Assembly: GCF_006345805.1 (NCBI RefSeq)
Contig: NC_043007.1
Span: 16,430,001-16,494,000 of the forward strand
Direction: 5' to 3'
DNA: 64,000 nucleotides
Source: Octopus sinensis
Taxonomy: Eukaryota
Shown here: positions 54,621-64,000 of the stretch, one piece after another
Position numbering within the stretch: position 1 is the first letter of the stretch
Layout of the letters: the number at the start of each line of letters is the position of its first letter
Notes under the pieces: generated by a model
What the model was told of the DNA's origin: nothing
The model's input: the letters and a program-made list of their open reading frames with translations, nothing else
The model's database searches: none
Position numbers and translations under genes: made by a program

Positions 54621-55724
54621 ATATATCATATTATGCCTGTCTCATTTTTGAAATGTCTTGTTTTCAGTCCCTATACATTGTACACATATGACTGGCTTTG
54701 TTTTGGACAGATTGCCTGACTGACCATTTTACTGGACACATTTCATGACTAGGTTTTCTTTTAGAAAAATTTCATAGTTAACCATGTCATGCTATGTTGG
54801 AAAGATTTCATTGTTAACTTTGTGTTGGGTAAAATTCATATGCTGTGTTGAACTGTTTCCTTAATAATTTTGTGTTGAGTAAATTTCATATGCTGTCTCA
54901 AGCAGATTTCATTGTTAAATTTGTCCTGGTCAGACTTCATAATACTGTGTTGGGCACATTTCATACTTTGTGTTGGTCAGATTTCATGCTTTGTGTTGGA
55001 CAAATTTCGTACTTTGTGTTGGTCAGATTTTATGTGTTGTACTGGGCAGGTTTCTTACACTGTGGTGAAGTGATTTTATAATTGTGTTGGACACATTTCA
55101 CAACGCACTTTGTTGTCAAGCAGATTTCAATGGCTTTCTTTTTTAATCTTATTTTGATAACCACTTTTGAGTTGAAGTGATTTTATAATCAGTGTTGGTA
55201 AAAATGTTTTCCCACACGTTGCAGTTTTGTTTTTTCTTCTTTTTTTTTGTCTTTTTCTATACTCCTTCTAACAAGGTTTTTTTTTCTACTGTGTTACATT
55301 TTTGCACAAAAAATAAATTTTTTCCAGGTATGTATTTTAAAAAGTATAAACTCTACCAAGTAAAAGAGAGGAAAATAGCTGTGACATACAAAATAAAATT
55401 GTTTCCCTCTGCAATATATGTGTATAAAATAGTAGTTATAATTTATAGATTACAGTAAGTGTGTGTGTGTGTATATACATATATATGGGAGAGTTTACGA
55501 AAAAAACAAAAGACGAAGACAGGTGGTGTACAAAACAAACAGATGTATTAGTATAACGCTCAGGAATAGAAAAAGTCTTTTACGTTTAGAGTCTACGCTC
55601 TTCTACAGAAAGGGACACAGAAAAAAACAAGGAGAGAAAAAAAATGTGTGTAGTGGCTGACGATCTATCATGGCAACTATGCATATGATCTATCATGGCT
55701 ACTATATATATATACTATCATGGC

Positions 55725-55767
<43 letters not shown>

Positions 55768-55845
55768 TATATGCTCCTGAACCTTTCTACAAAATGGTAA
55801 GTTACATTATTGTGGAACAATTATTTTAATGGGTTGTATTTATTT

Positions 55846-55944
55846 ATCACCTGATGAGATACATCTGCACCACTGGATGCTCCTGAATTGAGTGTCCCAC
55901 CCATGAGGAATCGATGCTAGATGTGTCGAAACAATTGTCGTGAT
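55846..55944 (+). ncRNA. Type I hammerhead ribozyme motif with intact core (Penelope-like element type)
   Basis: ATCAC-CTGATGA-GATACATCT...AGATGTGTC-GAAA-CAATTGTC-GTGAT; 9-bp stem II, palindromic stem III ACAATTGT, predicted cleavage after GTC (55939). Confidence 0.85.
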
Positions 55945-57125
55945 CAATAATAAATTCTTGTATATTCCATCTTCCGTCTTTCATTTGCCATATATATATA
56001 TATATATATAGTTAAAGAACTGAGCTATGCAGAGATGAAACCTGAAGAGAATAAGTGTTTCTCAGTTTCCTTAATTGTGGCATATTACTCTGCTGCTTCA
56101 GTCGAAGGAGATCAAAACTGCTCCACTCTCATTTCTGTTCTTTAGACTGGAGTGGTTGCAACCATAGAAATATACAATTTCTGAGGATCTGCATACAACA
56201 ACGGAAAAAAGTGCATGTGTATGTATATGTCATATATATATAAAGAGAGAAAAGGAGAGAGAGAGAGAGAGACCAAATATTTCAAAATATAGGTCAAGTA
56301 TTTCAAAATGAATTCAGCCGTATCTGACGTTTTTTTTTTTTTATATATATATTGTAAGGAAAACTTCAATATTGCAATCAATCAAAACTTGGGTAATTTG
56401 GTTTATACCAGTTTTTATTTGTTGATATTACTGTTTCTTTCTTCTTTTTCTTTGTTTTATTTTTTCGTGAATTTTTTTTTTTTTGTTTTGGTTTGATTTT
56501 TTTTTAACTTTTTTTTTTTTGATAACTTACCATTTTATTGCTGGGAGATAATTATATGTTGTAAGTAAGTAATATATATTTTGCATAATTTAGAAATCAG
56601 TCCACTTCTATCAAAGAAATATCGATCACTAAGTACAAAACAAAAATGAATATTTTTAAGAATAAGGGGAAAATATTACTATTCAAAATATTTCAATTTC
56701 TTGAATTTCAAAAATGTCAGTTTTCCTTATTTTTAAATTTAGATGGTTTAATTTCAAATTTAGTATAAAATAATAAAATAATATTTCAAGTATTATATTT
56801 TTCACTTTGTTTATTCTTATTTTTAAATATTTTCTGTTTAATCAACTTCCTGTTCACTGAACAGTTTTTTCTTAATTATCAAAAAAAAATTAACTTATTT
56901 CTATTCTTTTAGTTTTTTATGGTTTAAATTCAGATTTATCCTTCTTTAATTTTTTTTATCATTAAAGTCTATTTTTATTGAAAGCAAAAACGGTTTAGTT
57001 TCCCTTTTTTGGGGGATGAGACTTTAGCATTTATTACCTTCTTTCCAAGATTGGGTAAGGAAACCTTGCTTTTTTTTTCCTTCTTAATGACATGTGTTTT
57101 TTCCATCTGGGGGTTCTGTCTCTAG

Positions 57126-57167
57126 CCAGCTGAAGGTGAAGCTGCTGCTGCTGCTGGTAGCCAGATG
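57126..57167 (+). CDS. Candidate 42-nt cassette exon in the calpain linker: PAEGEAAAAAGSQM
   Basis: ttctgtctctag acceptor, ATG|GTAAGT donor, phase 0/0, stop-free, GC-rich island in T-rich flanks lacking recognisable SINEs. Confidence 0.65.
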
Positions 57168-59655
57168 GTAAGTCCGCGGAGTCTAAGAATGCTGATTATG
57201 GTTTTAGAGTCCAGTGTGTTCCCTTTGTTTTTTTTGAAATCCAACTACTAATACTTGTTCTTCTTCAGTACTGATCCTGTTTATTCCAAACAAGTTCCTG
57301 TTTTTGTTTTTGTTTTTGGATTTTTTTTGTTTTTTTTATAAACTGCCAACATTTATCATACTTTAGAAATAAAGTAATATCATACAAAATTAATAAAAAG
57401 AAAGCAAAATGTCTTAAAAAGTATATATTTCACAAAAATATTTCAGAATACTTACAAAATATGCATGCACACATATTTTCTTTAAGAAAAGTAATTACAA
57501 TGGTGCCATATTTTGGTAATTTTGAAAACCTGATTAACCAATCAATGATAATGTCTGAAGGAAATTACCTAGGCTCTCATCTGCACAAAAAACTAAGTCA
57601 AACTTAGGCCATTATAATAAATATCATGGCAGTGCTGGGGTGTAATTAATAACATTATGATGTTAGGAGAATGAGACATTAATTCATTGATTAATACTAA
57701 TTTTATCTATTAATTAAATATCTTATATTTATTAAGTGGTGGCATGAAGTTAATTGTTATTTTCTATGCAGATGGTATCTTCATAATTTCTTTGATTCAT
57801 TATGATTTCTGATGCCTATTCTCATATAATATTGTACATCAGTACAAACAAGTCTCTTATCCTTAATCTAGCAAGTACAGAGAAAGCATTGCTTGGTTGA
57901 GGAGCCCTAATAAGGCTGAAATACAAACTCGCTAAGATCAGATTACAATAATATAAGCTAACGTGTTCTTTTTTGTTTTTCTCCTTGCTATATTTTCTAC
58001 AACCTTACATTGGTCTTTGCTCTTTGGTGCCAGCTGATTTTGTGTCCCTACCACTCAAGCATTCCTCACTCACACCTTCTCTTCTAATTACCTCTATTAT
58101 GTGCACCACATCCCCAGTCCTACACTAAGCTCTATACTCAGTATCAAGAATAATTCTCTTCCAGCATGGCCGCAGTCAAATGACTGAAACAAGTAAAAGA
58201 ATAAAAGAAAAAGAAAAATGTATTAGTTCTGTATATGGTTGTCATATTGGTGTGGTTGTTGTAGAGTCCCAGGTCATCCTTGCCTGACTAAATATCTGAT
58301 CAAAAGCCTTCCAATTATAACCACCCCATTGGTTATTCAGACAGGTTATATCTAATACTATGTTATCCAAGATAGTCTTACATATCACCTTGTATAAAAC
58401 AACAGAATCAGATTTAGTGCACATTTGGTTCCTATTTCTAGCAGGACAAGCTACCACCTGGAGTCTCCCTTTTATTTGGTTGCATGTGCATAGGTGTGTA
58501 CAATATGGTTTTGTATGTATGTATGATGGTTATTTATGTAGGAGACATGTATGTATGGTCGTTCATGTGTCTGTAGGGGGTATGTATGGGCCTTCATGTG
58601 TGTACATGTCTGTGTGTGTATGTATGTATGTATGTATGTATGTATTTATGGTTGTCCATGTGTGTGTTTGTGTTACCTTATTTACATATGTCTACACATT
58701 ATTCATATTTCCATTTACAATCCAAACAAATCAACCATTTCAAAAAAACTCTTTTCCTTTCAGCCATTTTTTGTTCATTTTGTCATTTATTTTGGTGTTT
58801 TATTTTATACATTTTAACTTATACTTTTTAGCTTTTTTTCTTCTGTTTTTGTAATTTATAACCAATCTAACATTGTGTGTGTGTTTGCATAAAGTCAATC
58901 TACTCATAGTTTTATTATAGTTAAGTGGTTAAGCATGCCACAAACACTTGTATACTCAATGTAACTACTGGACAGCCAACCAGGATAAGCATGAAACAGT
59001 GTGTGGCTAAAGTGATCTTATGAATGATAAGACCATGTGTTGTAGTGTGTATGTATGTACTCTCTCTCTCTTTCATACTCTTATTTTCTATATTTGTATA
59101 TCCTTCGTTATAGTGGAGGCGCAGTGGCCCAGTGGTTAGGGCAGCGGACTCGCGGTTGTAGGATCGCAGTTTCGATTCCCAGACCGGGCGTTGTGAGTGT
59201 TTATTGAGCGAAAACACCTAAAAGCTCCACGAGGCTCTGGCAGGGGATGGTGGTGATCCCTGCTGTACTCTTTCACCACAACTTTCTCTCACTCTTACTT
59301 CCTGTTTCTGTTGTACCTGTATTTCAAAGGGCCGGCCTTGTCACTCTCTGTGTCACGCTGAATATCCCCGAGAACTACGTTAAGGGTACACGTGTCTGTG
59401 GAGTGCTCAGCCACTTACACGTTAATTTCACGAGCAGGCTGTTCCGTTGATCGGATCAACCGGAACCCTCGTCGTCGTAACCGACAGAGTGCTTCCTATA
59501 TTGCCCGCTGCAAGAGTAGATATGAAACCAATGTTAACTTTCTGAGTGATTATATACCAAAATTAAAGATATGCTACTCGAAAACATAAAAGCCTAACTA
59601 CTCAAAATTCTTTTAGACCATGCTTTTTTCTAACTTATGGACAAATACACACACA

Positions 59656-59705
<50 letters not shown>

Positions 59706-59925
59706 TATATACATACACATTTATTGTTAACTGCCAGAAAAAGGAGTACTCTATCATAGTAGAAATAAATTTTATATCTATGATTTTGATCAAGTCACTA
59801 TCTTGCTACTCTGAGTTTCATTTGTGAGTGCACAAAGTCTTCAAACAAGTTACAAGTCATAACTAGCCTGAAAACCATGTGCACTCACAGATGAAACTCA
59901 GAGAAGCAAGAGACTGATTTGACCA

Positions 59926-59961
<36 letters not shown>

Positions 59962-60122
59962 TTAGTAGAGTTAGTGGTTAGAATAACTGTGTAAGGGATA
60001 AGAATATCCATTTTACTACCAGTATAAATTACCTATGTTAGTCCTGGGCATACATATGCAAGCATATTAAGCTCATAGGATACAGGTAATAACAAAAATA
60101 AACAAGAGTTTATCAGGAATCA

Positions 60123-60645
60123 AATTTAAATTAAGCAGAAAATGGAGAAATCTTGATCAACAATTGACTACCATCGATTATCATTTTCTAATACAAAGCT
60201 TTATCCTATATAACAGCCGTTTCTGTTTCCAATGTCCCACAGAAAATTCTGAGAATAATATTTGTCATATTTTATAACACAACTGATCTGGAACATGGAG
60301 CTTCATCAGAGAGAAGAAAAATGCATAAAATAAAAGAAAAGAAATGAAAAAGAGCCTCAAAAGGAGGAATGAAGGCTTAATATATTTGAATCATACCATT
60401 TTTGCAGTGTAATAATTCTTTTATTTTATGTATTTTTCTTCACTCTGACGAAGCTCCATGTTCCAGATCAGATGTGTTATAAAGTATGACAAATACTATT
60501 CTCAGAATTTTCTTTGGCATCACTGTGGGACATTGGAAGCAGAAACGGCTGTTAGATGGGCTAAAGTTTTATATTAGAAAATAATAATTGATGGTAGTCA
60601 ATTGTTGTTGATCAAGATTTCTCCATTTCCTGCTTAATTTAAATT
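60123..60645. mobile_element. Fold-back element with a hammerhead-like motif in each inverted arm
   Basis: Arms of roughly 210-230 bp; + arm CTGACGA(60445)...GAAACGGCTGTT(60553); - arm CTGATGA (TCATCAG 60303-60309)...GAAAC (GTTTC 60219-60223). Confidence 0.75.
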
Positions 60646-62448
60646 ATATATATATATATTGTTGACATCATTAGAAATTTATAAACTTTCAACAGAACAT
60701 GAAAGAATTCTTTTTAGAACAGTGTACTTGAAGCAGTGTACATAATAAGCCTATAAATAATGTTTTTGTGTGTGTTTGCAAGTTTGTAATTAGTGTTATC
60801 ATTCAAATCAAGGAAAAGCACAAGCCTCATGACCTTTTCGGGCCCACTCAGACTGGTGAAGTTAATAATTTATTATTACTACATGCATGTAGGAATCTTA
60901 TCTGTTCCTGCCACCAAGGGTTGCAGGAACAGATAAAATATCCATTATTTACTGTCTGTCCTTTATATATCAGTATATATATAGAAGTCTCTTCTGTTTA
61001 GCCTTGATATCACACTGATATTTACAAAAGATATCAAATGCACATATTTACATGTTAGAAATAAAAGAAACACACACTAACATATATATATATATATATA
61101 TATATATAAACATACATTACAAGGCATGCCTCAATTAATATAGAACAAATGTCAGATTTCCTAGAGGTTAAAAAAATTATCTGTTACATTAAGATAAATA
61201 TTTCCTTGAAGTGATATGTAAGTTATAACATTTTGGGTTGAAGTTTATATTTCAGAAATTCTTTAAACTGTTTATTTTGCCAATGTAGACCATTGCCAGT
61301 TTTCTCAAATTTTAGTACGTTTTTACCCTTCTGTCAGCGTTATCAAATAGAGTGAAGGGTCATGAAGCTTGAGGAAACATTCCTTTGATTTTAATGACTA
61401 ATGCTACAGCTATCTCTTTTTTTTGTATTTAGTTTGCAAGATTCTTGATGTGAACTTGTGTGTTGAAACATGTTGTATCTTGTGTGGGTCATTATGCCCA
61501 TAAATAAACGCACATTGGTTCTATTTCACTTCTTTATTTTTTTCTATTTGTCAGTTGGTTAACTATTTAACTAATTAACTAATCAATCATTTAGTTAATT
61601 GGTTAGTCATTCAATCAATCAGCCAGGTCTATCAAAGTCCTTTCATAACCATTTGCAACCTCCTGAATTATATGCCCTCTCTATACCAGATCTTTTAGGT
61701 TTGTTTATCTCCTTAGGAGATAGACAGACAGACCTATCTTTGACAAATCCAGCTGCTGACTGACTGAATGACTAATCAAACAATCAATTAGTGAATTTGT
61801 TAAATAGTTGACCAATTGACATGTAAAGAAGTGAAATAGAACCAATGCATATGTTTATTATTGGCATAAGGACCCTCCTAAGGTAGTACAATTATTATTA
61901 GCATACTAACTGAAATGCTTTAGTGAGTGCTTGCTTGAAATATATTTGTTTTACCCTGGCTTAGTTAGTTAGTTTGTTGAATTTGAGTTTTAACATTTGT
62001 TTGAGAGAAATAATGAGAAGTTTTTAAAAAGATTCATTTTTGGAAAAAAAAAAAAAGTATTCCTTTCTCCAATAAGGAAATTACAAAAATGATGTTTGGT
62101 GATACAAACATTTTTTTCTTTTTTTTTGAGATGATAAAAATATTTTAGATATTTTTGATGATAATAAAATATATCAAAATAGGTTTCAAGGTAAAAATAA
62201 TTTTAAATATTTTCGGTGGTAAAAAACATTTTAAATATTTTTCGTTGATTAAAAATATTTTTAAAATATTTAGAATATGTTTGGTACTAAAATTAGTTAA
62301 AAATATATTTGATGGGGAGAAAAAGTTTTAATTGTTTATGGTGATAAAGAAATATTAAGTAATTCTGAATTTTAAAGTAATGTTCTTTTTATTTATATTT
62401 ATTCATTTATTTATTTATTTATCTATTCATTTATTTATTTGTCTTTAG

Positions 62449-62584
62449 ACTTTCAATGAGGCCACGGATGAAGAAAAGGAACAAGGAGAAGCACTGAGAA
62501 GCAAATTTATGGAAATTGCAGGAGAGGATATGGAAATTAATTCCTATGAACTCAGAGATGTCCTGAATACCGTCTTCAAAAGCG
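62449..62584 (+). CDS. CAPN-like: Calpain exon, start of penta-EF-hand domain: TFNEATDEEKEQGEALRSKFMEIAGEDMEINSYELRDVLNTVFKS
   Basis: gtctttag acceptor, G|GTTGGT donor, 136 nt phase 0 to 1; AGEDMEINSYEL matches calpain EF-1. Confidence 0.93.
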
Positions 62585-62869
62585 GTTGGTTTCTTTTTCA
62601 TCTGTGTTTTTTGTAATTCTCTCAAAGGTTCCACTCAATTAAAAAAAATTACTAGATCGGCAGTTTGTTAGAAAATCTGTAGGTGCTTTTAGACTTCATC
62701 TTTAGCACATATTTATGAAATGCCTGAGAAAATTTTATCTTAGAATAATCAAGTTTTGTGGATTACTCGACTAAAAACTTAACATCAAAGAAGTACCAAT
62801 CTACCATACAAATTCTTAGTATTTTTTCAATTATTCCCCCAAAATGCATTCGTTTAAGGTCTTTCTGTA

Positions 62870-62874
62870 TGATT

Positions 62875-62915
<41 letters not shown>

Positions 62916-63010
62916 GTGTATATGTGTATGTATATGTGTATATATGTATGTATATGTGTGTATATGTATGTATATGTGTATATATGTATGTATATGTGTA
63001 TATATGTATG

Positions 63011-63044
<34 letters not shown>

Positions 63045-63143
63045 TATATATATATACACACACATATATATATACACACACACACACATATATATATATA
63101 CACACACACACATATATATATATACACACACACACATATATAT

Positions 63144-63204
<61 letters not shown>

Positions 63205-63287
63205 CACACATATATATATATACACACACGTATATATCCATATATATACATATATATATACATGTATATATATATATATATATATTG
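62870..63287. repeat. Compound (TA)n/(TG)n/(CA)n microsatellite
   Basis: Direct reading. Confidence 0.95.
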
Positions 63288-64000
63288 ATAAAAATGGTAA
63301 GACAACAAAAGAATGAAAGAGACCTTGATATTATGTAAATTGAGGAAATTATCTGTAAATGTAATATGTGACAATTATTCGGTAGCCAAGATCGGCATCC
63401 AAAACTCGGAGTTTTATCATGGCTACCGAATGATTGTCACATATTACATTTACAGATATGTGTGTGTGCGTGTGTTTGAAAACTGGAAATAGTCAACGCC
63501 ACTACTAAAAGCAACTCCCTCTATAAATTTGCCCAGAATGCGTGTGTTTGAAATGTTGAACAATGAAAGCATAATATACACCAAAATACACACACTAGGA
63601 AAACTTATCCGCTCGCCTTGAGACCCCTGACATATCTACAATTAATGTTACATTCTTAGGTCAGTAAAGCTAGCCATCTTGAGCAATACCAAAACTACTG
63701 ACAATGTTATCAGCAAGTTATACACATACTATGTCTAAATTTCCACTATAATTCTCGATTCTGGAGATTCCATTCCAGTGTAAAACACAATGGAAACCAA
63801 AGGTAAATTCAAATAACTTAGATAAAATAAATTGCATTAATTGTATATATGTCAGTGGCCTCATGGATAAGAAAGATGTTATGACTTTCAGTCTTGAAAT
63901 GAAAGTCACTAGTTAAAAGTGATCCTTGATAAGGCATCTGTTGATGATTAGAGATCAAATTGGTTAAAATGTAATGGAGATGTAAATACAGAAGATTAAA

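Overview
AT-rich, microsatellite- and SINE-dense animal genomic DNA. The repeat landscape is most consistent with an octopod cephalopod (inference). The whole window lies inside one + strand, intron-rich classical calpain gene (calpain-B/CAPN-type). I traced nine GT-AG coding exons with mutually compatible phases, from the protease core (GHAY catalytic His, RNPWG catalytic Asn) through the C2-like domain III into the start of the penta-EF-hand domain. The catalytic-Cys exon and the C-terminal exons lie outside the window. Introns hold several tRNA-headed SINE families, a (GAT)n-tailed SINE, TTAA-flanked piggyBac-type MITEs, a piggyBac transposase remnant, two non-autonomous Helitrons, a mariner MITE and long microsatellites. 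Most notable observations: (1) several type I hammerhead ribozyme motifs of the Penelope-like-element kind, some within fold-back elements whose arms carry ribozyme parts; (2) a SINE forming 184-bp concatemers with an identical junction at three loci, and inserted at the same nucleotide of another SINE twice; (3) a 250-bp tandem array of chimeric MITEs; (4) candidate in-frame micro/cassette exons and a possible truncating last exon for the calpain. All were read by eye, and none has been checked computationally or experimentally.
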